Notes under the pieces: generated by a model
Seen by the model: the letters and a program-made list of their open reading frames with translations, nothing else
What the model was told of the DNA's origin: nothing
The model's database searches: none
DNA from: Marsupella aquatica
Lineage: Eukaryota; Plantae; Marchantiophyta
DNA: 64,000 bases
NCBI GenBank assembly: GCA_973895155.1
Contig: OZ316897.1
Location: 21,239,355-21,303,354, forward strand
Reading direction: 5' to 3'
Shown here: piece after piece, positions 24,529 through 35,098 of the stretch
How the letters are laid out: every line of letters starts with the position of its first letter
Position numbering within the stretch: position 1 is the stretch's first letter
Translations under genes and position numbers: made by a program

Positions 24529-26774
24529 TGTCACGTCGTAGGCTTCGGCTTTAACTCAGACTTCAGCTTAGACGGGCACATCCCTCGTAAATCTGAGGGT
24601 TCGGGCAGGAAGGGAAGCACGTAATGCACCTTATTCTAGTAAACTAGCGCTAAGTGCGCATACTGCTAAATACGGACACCTCCTAGGTATGGTTTGTGTT
24701 CCGCCGCCGGAACGTACCTTAGTCGATAGCAGGATCGACCCCGGCTTAAGGGCTTCTAAGCCTTCGTGCTGTCCGCCTTCGATCCGGATTCGATGATACA
24801 GGTCCTCAACCCGTGCTCGCAACCACTTACCCGCAGGCTGCACCCTGTGCACGTCTCGGGTAGTGCGTTCGGCCCGGCGCTGCCACCCATATACGAGAAA
24901 CCCACACACATATGCGCACACATGCATACAATCTCGATTTACACGAAGGAAAAATGATGGGAAAGGATTTTTACTACAAAGGGAACATATGCGTACACTT
25001 AGTTGACACGACAGCCCTGGAATGCACAGGTTCAAGGCCAAGGGTGCACACTACAACGGAGCCCGGCTCCGCACTCGCCCAGCAAGCTCAGTCCTACCCC
25101 CTCCCCTTGGTACTCTGTCATTCCCAGAGGTCGGGACTCCCCGCATGTCCCGCGGATGTCCGACTCTGAAACTAAAAACCCCCCCTGCCTCTACCGAGGG
25201 GTGCACTAAATACTAAGAGCCGAGGAACGGGGTGTCCTCCCGCCGAAGATTCGCTGACCAAGGTCCTAACTAAGCTGACAGTCAGGCCGGAAAACGGCTG
25301 TGTCTTATTAGAAGATCCTAATCTACGCAGGCTGGACAGCAGGGCAGCGCTGCCGTACCTAAGGCAGGTGCCTGCCCCAAGAGCCTGACCAAGCCAATCC
25401 TAATCCTAATCTATTCCTACTCCGCCGCTAATGCCTGGCACGCTTGCCAGAGCCGCCCGAATGGGAACGGCCATCCCGCTGCCTTCGAAGCCTGTCATTG
25501 TCCGCTTTGAGGAGCTGGACCTGGTCCAGCAGAGATTCGTTCTCTCGCCTCGCCGCGTCCGTCTCCTTCGCTGCCTCCTGACATGCCTCCTCCAGCTGCT
25601 GGGCGTCGCTCGCCAGTTTACTCGCCAGCTGGTCCTGCTTCTCGGCCTCGGTTTGGAGCCGTGCCATCTCGGCCTGCAGTGTGGCTATCTTCGTCGCGTC
25701 CCGCTGGGCTCGCTCCTCGGCCTCCTCCAGGTCTTTCTGCCAGGTGACAGCTTGTTTCTTCAAACTCTCAATCTGGTTCGGGAGGCGTGTAATCTCGGCC
25801 TCGTTCCCAGCTTTGGCCTGTTCGGCTAGGGCGGTAAGAGCGTACGCCTTTGCTAACAACTCATCGGCGGCTGCAACCTTGGGTCGTAGTTGCAGAAGCT
25901 CAGCCTCTTGAGCCGCCACTTCGTTCTTTAGGTACACGGACTCCACCCGGTACCGCTCTATCCTCTGAAGGGCCTCCGACTGGGCCCGCCCTGCCTTTAC
26001 GGCGGCAACCAACTCCTGATTGAAGAAACAGGCTACCTTCCGAGTCATGAACTCCCCGGTATCCCGGGCAATTTGATGAGAGAAATCCCCCAGAAGCCCG
26101 TTCAGAAACGTACCCTGTACGAAGAGTTCCGGGTGGTCCAAGTTGTGCCTGTCCGGATTTGGGCACGGGCAGACATCAACAGGCGCAGGGGCCGGGGCAG
26201 TGACGTCCAGCCCTGGGGACATAACGTTGGAAGGGGCCGGAGTATCCTCCTGCAGCGATGTCCGGTTCTCCGGAATTGCCACCGGCGGGTCCTTGGGAGA
26301 CCCGGGTTCGGGTAAGACCTCTGCCGTACCAACTTCTGTACTTAGCCCGGCTAGTTGGGTCGCATCAACGGTTGCGACGACCGACCCCTCCGGCGCCTCC
26401 TCGGTTACGATTACAGCTATTTGTGGAGGTGGGGTGGGTGAAGCTGGCGTGTCCACTGGACTTCGGGCCTCGGGTTGGGGCCGTCTCTCCAATGCCGGAA
26501 AAACCCACCTAGCTGGGACCAGCTTTGTAACGTTGATGCGGGGAAGGGTTCGTCGATCAAACCGGGCATACCACTCAAGAATGATTTCGATGTGGCTAGC
26601 GAAATACGCCTTCCCGCCAATGTACAGCGTCTTCCTTCGCCGCTCCATCTCTTCATGGAATTTCTTAGCGAAGTACGACGCCCACTTCCTAGGTCGATAG
26701 TTCTCGACCTGGATGACCTGGGCGGCGGAGATCTCCCCCCGGGGTTCCATCAAGTGGAGAGCGTACCTCTGGAA
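24529..26774 (-). repeat. 5' LTR of element B (remnant)
   Basis: Copy of 14432-16676, directly upstream of the PBS. Confidence 0.92.
25428..26774 (-). pseudogene. 5'-truncated second copy of the element B LTR gene
   Basis: The 441-aa ORF is nearly identical to the C-terminal part of 15330-17528. Confidence 0.88.
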
Positions 26775-29700
26775 TCTACTTGCCCGAATCTACCTATGTA
26801 CAGCAAGGCAGGAGCACAAGTGTTGCTCCTACCAGTGGGACCGCAATCCCACTAAGCTAAGTGTCAGGGCCGCTCCTGGTTCTGATCCTAATCCTAAACG
26901 TGGAGATCCGCGCCCGCCCTGCCCACTCACGCCTCCTCCCTCCACGTCCGCCCTCCCTAAAAGGAACGGCGCCCTTGCACCGTCACGACACCGGTGGTGG
27001 ATCCTCAATGGACGCCCCCAACACTTCCTCCTCAGCCACTGCCGTTGGCCCGCCTACTGACAGATTACCTGCCCTTGACCGAGTCAACTCTCCATCGGCC
27101 TGACTGGGTCCACCTTCGGCTTCAGCCTCGACACCGGCCTCGGCAATACCCACGGCTTCGGCCTCAGCCACTCCCATGGCTTCGGCCTCAGCCACTCCCT
27201 CGGCTTCGGCCTCCCCTTCCCCTAGGGTAGTTGGATCCTTAGCCGTGACCCTGTCTGGGGTCGGTGCTGGGTCTACCTCCTTGATCACCACGGCCTGTGA
27301 AGTCGTATTACTCCTTGACCCTGAAGGTTTCCGCTTCTTCTTCGTTGGTGGCTCGGCAGCTGGTCCCTTCCCCTTCCCACTTACTTCCGGCACTGGTGCA
27401 GGTGGCGCGGCTTGTCCTTCGGCAATTACCACCCCTGGTAACTGGTTTGTCCCAACGGGAGATGGACCTGCTGCAGCTAAGCATTTAAATACTGCGGCTT
27501 GTTTCTTCAGCCGCTCTGTTTGGTTGTCGGCCCGCCGCTGTAGGTTCTCCATCTTCCTCGTGATTTCCTCCAACTCCTCTTGGGTTTCATCCAGGTCCTT
27601 ACGTGCCCCCTCCAGCTCGTTTTTGGCCTCCTCCTGCTCCCTGTGGGCTTCCTCCAATTCCTTCTTCAAGGTAGCCCTCTCCTCCTGGGTTGCTCTTAGC
27701 TCCTTGTCGAGCTCTGCAATGATGACAGACTCCATCTGGTTCATCTTGGCGTAAGTCTGTTCGAGCATCTCGTCCTTCTCCCTTAGGTCGGCCTTGAAGC
27801 TGGCCGTCAGGGACGCAAGCTCCTGCTGCAGCGCCATAATCCCTTGATAGGATTTCCCTAACTCGACCTCCTTCTGCTCAAGGGCTCCGCGGATTTTCTC
27901 GAGCTCCCCTTTCAACGCCCATTCCTTTCTTTGGGTCTCCGCCATGGCCCGGCTGTTGGCTGTTATGTGGGCCTCCTCTGTATTCTTCAGCTCTTGCTTC
28001 CACTTTTCCCTCTCTTTGATCGTGTCGGCCAACTCTTCCTGCGTCTGAGTCAGTTTATCCTTGATATTCTGATTATCAGCCTGCGCGGCGTCCAACTGCC
28101 CCTGCATGATGTTCAGCTCATGTCGTTTAATCCGCAGTTCATCTTGGGCTTTCTTGGCCGCCCTTAGATCTTCAATCTCGGCTCCCATCCTCCTAAGCCG
28201 CCGAATGACCTCGTCCTTCTTGCTTCTCTCTAAAGCCACCGCTTCTTCTAATTGGTGCTTCTCCAACTGCTCCCTATGGAAAAAGGGTCCTACCTCCAAC
28301 TCCTCTCCAAAGATGCCGAGCGCAAGTTCCCCACACATCTCACCATACTCCATGGCTCTATTCTTAGCGTAGGTGGAGTAAGTAGAAGTGATCGGCATCG
28401 CCCATCGTGGCCTCTGCTCCCAAGCCGTCCTGCGGATCTCTTCAATCGTGGCTAGAGGTTTGCTTCCTTTTTCGGCTAGCCGCCTGATGTCCTCCGGCCA
28501 ATCTCCTCCTGGTAAATCCTTTTCCTTAGCCAGGGCGGCCTCTTCCTCCTGCTTGATTCGCTCCTGAAATTCCTGCACCGTCTGTTTTATGCCGTCGAAG
28601 CTCGGGGGAGCAACATCTGGTGGGGGAGACTCAGGGCTACTCTGCTGGTTGGGGTCCCCTCGCACTACCCTTGGAAGTGTGGGGAAAAACCGGCCACAGG
28701 TCCTTACTCCTGGAACGTGATGGTCCGACCCATAGCCGGAATTATCATGGCTGCAGTCCTCCACTGCCTCCTCTACCTCTTGGACGTCAGGCTTCTCCCT
28801 CTCCTCTTCGTCGGTAGGAGCTTCAGGCAATTCTGCCTCAGATTCGGAGCTTGAGGTTGCCACGTACGTTCGAACACCTGGCTTGGATTCCGGCCTGATT
28901 CTCTCCTTGTCTCCAGCAAAGGGGTTTTCTCTTGTGAGCCGGTGTAGGCCTACCTCTGTAGTAGTGTCCTGCATTGTTGCCGTTGCCGTTGTTGTTGCCG
29001 ATGCCGATTTCTTTTCTTTCTCCAGTAGTTTCAGCAGACTCTGCATGCCTGGTTGCTGCATCGGCAAGTCTTCCTTCCTGGGCCTAAACACCTGCTCGAT
29101 CGTAGGACTAACAGGTGGTTGAGGCTTCTCAGCCAACGGCCTCGGCGTTGGAGCTTCCTCGGGTGCCCTTACCTGCAGGGGAAGTACCGGGGCAAAAGTC
29201 TGACCTCTGGCATACCGGCACAACAGCGGCATGTGATAGCCAAGCCGCAACACGCTCCCCATGCCGATTACCTGCTGCTCCTCCTTTAAGATCTTCTTCA
29301 ATTGGTTGAGGAGGTACCCGTTGTAGTCCCGGCTTGGGTCTGGCCTTTCTGCCAGATAGACCTATGCCTTGCCGATCTCTGCCCTCGGTAAGTTACAATG
29401 CATGGTCACCCGCAAGAAGTCGATCATCTCTCCTATGTGCGGGTTGGTGCAGGTGTTCCGGAAGAAGCCATTCTTCATTGATGGCCCGGGGAACGACCGG
29501 AACTCCTTGTCAGGCAAGGTTTTCCTGGTATCACCTTTGGTTTTATTGCCCATCGGCAAGCCAAACACTTCGGCAATCACCTTGGGAGTAAGATAGAAAT
29601 CCTTCCCATATATCCTCGTGCAATTGGTCTCGGGTTCCCATGACCCCACGAATTCTAATAGGTCTGACTCCGGTACCTCCGGCTTCAGCCATGGTAATCT

Positions 29701-30721
29701 TACAAAGGCCTCCAAGCCGGATCCGGCCATGAAGCCTTGGTACTTCTTGGTCTGCATGGCCGTAAAGCATGCATCCTCCTCCCGTGCAAAATGTAGTTGC
29801 ACCTCCACCGGTAGGGTTGCCGCCCAGCCCTTCCAGGTGTCATCCCTGGTTGGAATGGCCTTGATGGGATCGACCTCCTCCTCTTCGGCTTCTCCCTGCC
29901 TCCTGCTCTGCTGCTCGGCTAGCTTCTTTGGTGCCGCCGACCTCGTTCTTTTTGCCGGGGTGGCTTCATCGTTGACGGCTCCCTTCCTCTTCATCTCTGC
30001 TGCCGTGGAGGTTTCTCCTAGCACCGTTGCCTGGGTCCACCTTTCCGTGCTACCCTTTAATTCCCAGTGTATGTCGTTGCAGTTCTTGATGGCCTCTCGG
30101 ATGCCGACGACGCTGTCTTTGCAAAACAGAAGATCGTCGAGTTGATTGGAAGTAGGCGTCCACATGAACTCGTCCTTGATGAGTTCGCCTCCTAAGAAAG
30201 CCGTCTTCTGCAGCTCCCACAATCGAGCGAGCTCCTGCCGTTCTCGAGCTGCCCTTTCTGACTCCTCGTCCTCGTAAGTCTTGATGTACTCAGTTGCCCG
30301 TTCGAACAGGCATCCCCAGAAATGTGCCGCTTGATTGACGTTGCTCATACCCTCCTTAGGTTGATCGTCGGTATCTACTCTCTCCCCGAGTGCTTGCCTA
30401 AGCAGCTGACAGTAGTTGGCCTCCCGTAGTCGTCTGCCTAGTTCGTGCTCACAAATGAGCCACCATCTCTTGCAAGCGCTCCTTACCCCTCTCCTCTGCC
30501 GGTCCTTCTTCCCGTTGATCCTTCCTAGCCGCCGACGCTTAACGCGCCCTAACCCTAATCGGGTTTTCACCCTCAGCCTTACCTCCGGCCTCTGCCCGGG
30601 TTCCATGGTTGCCCCTAATTGTTTATATTTTCCTTGTTTTGTCACTATACTAAGGTGTTCCTAGGGTGCCTTCCTGCTTTACCCACTTAACCGGCCGAGT
30701 GATTCCTGTCTAGGCATCACA
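26773..30721 (-). repeat. Outer part of the element A 5' LTR
   Basis: 26773-27972 matches 1366-2565; the sequence continues to the CA terminus and TSD. Reconstructed LTR is about 4651 bp. Confidence 0.88.
26983..30348 (-). CDS. LTR-encoded accessory protein of element A (~1120 codons, one in-frame TAG at 29362-29364)
   Basis: ORFs 29362-30645 and 26983-29301 are in frame. The stop aligns to Q in B (AEIGKA*VY vs GEISAAQVI). Start placed at MSNVNQAAHFW by homology to B (MSHTILSSSAIRFW). Long coiled coil; basic patches KRKG..KRTR and KKKRKP. Confidence 0.85.
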
Positions 30722-30990
30722 TCTACGAACGGGCTTCGGCTGTGTCTCTCCTCCCGGGTGGTCATTCCTTCACCTCTTTCTTGACCTGGCTCTCGGTAGT
30801 TCCCCCAGCCTCTCCGCCCGTCTATTTGTTATATATCAAACTTTGTGGTTACTCTGGAAAAATCGTAACTCCCACCAGTTTCAAAGTCTATCAATTATTT
30901 TTTCTCCTTCTACAGCAGCATCTGCAGCCGTTGTGCATCTACGTTCAGTAGCAATCAGTTCAGATTCAGAAAAAAAGAAAAAAAGGTTAT
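30722..30990 (+). mobile_element. Continuation of the L1 LINE ORF2 C-terminus
   Basis: In frame with 472-663. After a frameshift it reads LWLLWKNRNSHQF (the L1 W-x-x-W-x-x-R-N motif). Right boundary uncertain. Confidence 0.7.
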
Positions 30991-31215
30991 ACTACGCAGA
31001 GAAATATATATCACGTCCTTTATCCTATCGTTTTCCTAGCTGAATCACTCCTGCTCCTCTTTCCACTATGTATTAAGTCAACTCTTACTTCCATTCAATG
31101 TATCCATATCCCCCCTGTTTATTTTTTCCTATGTTTTTTACCCTTGGTGAGGTATACTATCAAGCTATTTGTGCTCCTAGTCCACGATTCTCTTTTTTCG
31201 CACACCAGTCTATGT

Positions 31216-31216
<1 letters not shown>

Positions 31217-31275
<59 letters not shown>
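31217..31275. repeat. (CT)n microsatellite
   Basis: About 29 uninterrupted CT units. Confidence 0.98.
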
Positions 31276-31277
<2 letters not shown>

Positions 31278-33879
31278 GCCAGTTTCTCCTCGGTTCCTTC
31301 ACCTTTCCCCCCACACTCGAGCCAGTTATGCTGGATTCACAGTCGGGCTGCTTTCTGGCTCTTGGTTGCCTCTCCCTTATGCTTCCTCAGACCACTTGGG
31401 GCTAATTATCGAGTGGTTGTCAAGGGGGTAGCTCCACAGCAGATTCACCGATTCCATATCCTTCGGGTGATGGTGTTGACTGGGTCCCGTCTGGGTGACG
31501 GAGCAGTCTGGGTTCTCTACAGTTTTTGGAGCGCCCTGTTCGGTGGGACCTCACGGTCGGCATACCTTCTCATGGCCTCTTTTCTGAGGGTGGGCAGGGT
31601 TGATATTTCCGGCATTGGTTATCGATGGTTCATTCTCCAGCTCAATGGTTGTTTCTCCAGCACAATTCTGTTCCACCTACACGTCTGAGCTTTGCAGCTG
31701 TTCTTCTTCATGTTCTTGACTGACACAGCAGTAGCTCTCTCCGTATATAGCTTCTTGCTCCTTGCACATATAGTTGGAGAAACCGGGTTTGTTTCACGCA
31801 TATTATGAATTGCGTATAGATAGTAGATTCCGGGTCCATCCTCTTTCTGCTCCTTTGGCTCATCTCGTGTCACCAGCCATTAGTGTTCTAGCATATTCTC
31901 TTGGTAAGGACTGGGTCTTAACACATGCCTCAATCTATTGCTCACCAAGGTCTGCCTTCTGCCATGCTCCTCAGGCAGTCATTTTTGATTGGTTTCCTGT
32001 CCAGGCTATATTCTGGGTACCAAGCTCTCTCCATTCTCTACTGGTTTGGCCTACTCGAATTCTGGAGGGAAGTTATGGAGCACCTGTGGGTTGGCTATAT
32101 TCCTTTCATCGTTGTCAGGGTCTGATAGTCACTCGATCCACGGCTATTGCAGATCATCTCCGTTTGTTATGGTTGGAGACAAATAGAAATCTAGATTGAA
32201 GAGAAGAGGTGGGGCGCGTAAGATATTCTCTTTGTGTTTAGATCCGTATTGGGACACCCTCCTTGGTCCCTCTTCAGCGCAAGAAGGGGGCATCCGTTCT
32301 CTGCCATCTGGCTGTGCTTATTGGCCAAGCTGGAGGACAAAGACAGGCAGATAATGTACTGATGGGTTTCCCAAAATTCATGGATACTAACGTCAGGGAG
32401 ACTTCTTCATTGATCGTCGTCCATCTGGTCCGGCAGAGATTCCCCATTCCAACAGTGCAAAGAATGTGGTGGGATCTGGAGTTGTGGATTTTCTTCTATG
32501 GTCATCACTCAAAATGGCGGGGCATTTTGGGTGGAAAAAATTGACACTAAAAAAGTGGAAACTATAAACAGCAAAAAAAAAAATCTGAGTGCACAAAACG
32601 TCCCGCGGTGACCCCGCTTTCCCTCCAGCACCTCGACTCTGTGGCGCCCCGACAAGCCCTGACAAGCCCAACCGTGTCGCGGTCTCGCTCCCTCCCCAAC
32701 AGCCCTGACTACCTTGCTCCCTCCCCCCATGACCTCGCTCCCTCCCTTGACAAGCCCCGACAAGCCCAGCGTCGGCGACCCTCCATCCTTCCCCCAACTC
32801 CCGCTCCCTCTCTTGCCTGCTCCTCACCTCCGTCTTGCCCCGCCCTCCCTCACCGCGGCCTTGCCTTGCCTCACCCAAGTCCCTCCTCCTCCTCCAGCCC
32901 CACCCTGCCTTAATGGCGCTGGAGTGCACACTCAGTAAGGAAGACCATTGGATTTTAAGGTCAGCGGGTACTAAATTTCAGTCGTGGTCAAAGAGTTCTT
33001 TACAAGGGGAAGGGTACAAAAATTGTGAATTGTTGTGATTGAGGTAAGTTGTACATAACACGGTGTAGAAAAAAATTCAGTCAAACCACATAACATTAGA
33101 CTCTATGAACATACATTTTAGAGAGCATTGTTAGCCATAATGCCCCCAAAACAAGAGTTTTAGTGCAAGTTTTGAGAGTTAATATTGCTCATAATCAGGT
33201 AATAGGAAGTTAACACACCTGAAGAGTAAAATATTTTCATTTTCCTCACTTTAGTTAAAGCAGAGGAGAAATACAAATGTGGCAATCCATATTTTGAATG
33301 TGCATTTTTTTTATAAATGCCCTGAAATTAATTGTAAAAAGTAAATTCATGAAGGGCTTAAGCTAGGAAAGTGATAAGAGACGGGATAAGAGATAGATTA
33401 TCTTATTTGAAGGCCATTGTAAAGGCCTATTTTTCCACATTTTATGTCCAAGAAAACTATGCATGTGTGCATTGGAGGATATGACCATAGCTCAAAATTT
33501 TCACTTTCCATTATGAGAGCCTTTGTAAATGTTTGCAATTAGAAGAAATTAAGGTCTCATGTTAACTGCTTTTGCTTTTTGTTATCTCTATCAAAACATA
33601 TAATACACTATTGCACCAGAAAATGGCGTGACCATCATTTGAATTTAACATGATGTTTTGGGTGGGAAGTACCAAAACTGTAAAAAGAAAGGAATAAATC
33701 TGGAAAAACTGTCCTCCACTTCTCTCCCCGCAACCCTCTCCTCTCGGCCCTCAATGCACAGTGGTGCAGCCATGTGTCGCTCTCCTCCCCCCCCCCTCCC
33801 CGTCGTGCTGCCCTCTTCGGTGTGCTCCTCTCTCCCTCCAAACTCCAAGTACTCTAAGGAGACAAAAATAACAAAACCT

Positions 33880-34392
33880 ATTAACATCTTAGCTCACATC
33901 TTAGGCACCTCAACATCTTTTTACTTTGCCTCATTTTTGACATAACACCATTGTTTTACTTGACAACATCTTTGTCATCATGACACCTTTCTACTTCACG
34001 ACATTTTACATGATACAACATCTTTTGCGCCATGATATTTTTTAAATTTATTGACATCTTTTTACTTCACTACATCTTTGGCACCACGATATCTTTTTAC
34101 TTCACAACATCTTTGACATAACAGCATCTTTGGCGTCATGACATCTTTTTATTCGATGACATTTCTTTACTTGATGACATCTTTCACATAACCACATCTT
34201 TGGTGACAAAACTTCTTTATTGTTAACAATTTTTTTTCTTGGCGACATCTTTCACATAACCACATCTTGGGTTACATGGCATCTTTTTTCTTATCAACAG
34301 CTTCACATAACAACATCTTGGGCAGAACGACTTCTTTTTTCTTATCGACATCTTGACCGACACGACATTTTGGCCGACACGACATCTTTTGT
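33880..34392. repeat. Degenerate minisatellite built on an (A/G)ACATCTTT motif
   Basis: Roughly 20 variably spaced ACATCTT(T)-like cores; followed by an (AT)n tract at about 34417-34439. Confidence 0.7.
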
Positions 34393-34892
34393 GCAACGCA
34401 CGGGTATTGAGCTCGTATATATATATATATATATATATAGTGCACAGCTAAGTAGTCTATGTTTGCGTTTATTATCTAGGACATGCAAACTCGATCAACT
34501 TCGTAAATTCAACTGCATACATTAGAGTTTGTAGCTAGGCCTATCGTACTGACTTCAAAAAACGTGCAAACTTTGAAGTCATAGGATATCAAAGCCCATC
34601 AAGCAGAACATCACCCTCAAGCCTCAAGCACATCAAAAGCTCGTTCAGTTCAAACAGCTTAGTTGACTTTAGTCCCTTCTAATGTTTCGATTAGGAGCTT
34701 AAATCTTTGTGAGTACGTGCATGTTAATTGAAATATATTGTCAGGAACTTAGGTTCTGATCTCAGGTTAGTTAGTTTGTTAGTATTAGTACTTCTGCCAT
34801 GACACCACCCTATAGTGAAAGTTGAGACGACGTGACAGATTATTACACAGGTGTTTTCAATGTTTCCCCAAATACTAAGCTGAACATTCAAC

Positions 34893-35098
34893 TAGGGATG
34901 GGGTACCATGCATTTTGTAGACAAGAAAGAGTTTCTTCGTCAATATTGGTTGGATAATTGACAAAATGCATGGTAGGAGGGTACTATATATATACCACTA
35001 TGAAAGTCGAGCTGCTCCTAGCTTAATTTGTTAATTCGTAGACCACTCTTTTTGTCTACGTACAAAAGTATCGACAAATGCCAGGTACCCCATTCCTA
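34893..35098. mobile_element. MITE-like element with hAT-like terminal inverted repeats
   Basis: TAGGGATGGGGTACC ... GGTACCCCATTCCTA (14/15). Subterminal pairing GTAGACAAGAAAGAGT / ACTCTTTTTGTCTAC. Internal perfect 15-bp inverted repeat 34904-34918 / 34961-34975. No intact 8-bp TSD. Confidence 0.45.

Larger units (their letters stand above)
14432..26774 (-). mobile_element. Ty3/gypsy element B (related to A, distinct family), inserted in the A 5' LTR; outer part of its 5' LTR and right TSD deleted
   Basis: 14432-16676 is repeated at 24529-26774 (about 14 substitutions plus 1 indel). PBS at 24496-24516. Full gag-pol lies between. Confidence 0.92.
664..30721 (-). mobile_element. Ty3/gypsy LTR retrotransposon A (non-chromovirus, Athila/Tat-like) with giant gene-containing LTRs; hosts nested elements D and B
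   Basis: Termini TGTGGTGC (664) and GCATCACA (30721) form an imperfect inverted repeat. 5-bp TSD TCTAC at 659-663 and 30722-30726. Removing the element restores the LINE frame (W-F-Y-E-R-A-S-A-V-S-L-L). Order on minus strand is LTR-PBS-gag-PR-RT-RH-INT-LTR. Confidence 0.92.

Noticed and set aside
30349-30645. Arg-rich N-terminal extension of ORF 29362-30645
   Set aside because: Starts at GTG 76 nt from the LTR end, spans the TATA-like element and has no counterpart in B. Probably open promoter or leader sequence.
1336-30664. Numerous plus-strand ORFs of 60-190 aa opposite the retroelement genes
   Set aside because: Antisense shadows of GC-rich or low-complexity coding sequence; no motifs and no conservation between A and B.
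14163-30721. Tandem-dimer explanation for element A (short LTR plus internal 3' ORF of a second copy)
   Set aside because: No second pol follows the ORF. The sequence ends at a CA terminus with matching TSD and the LINE frame resumes, so the ORF lies within the 5' LTR.
31098-32200. ORFs spanning the CT microsatellite, and a possible second LINE remnant
   Set aside because: The SL repeats come from (CT)n. Only faint GDG and WRNR hints of L1 remain, too weak to call.
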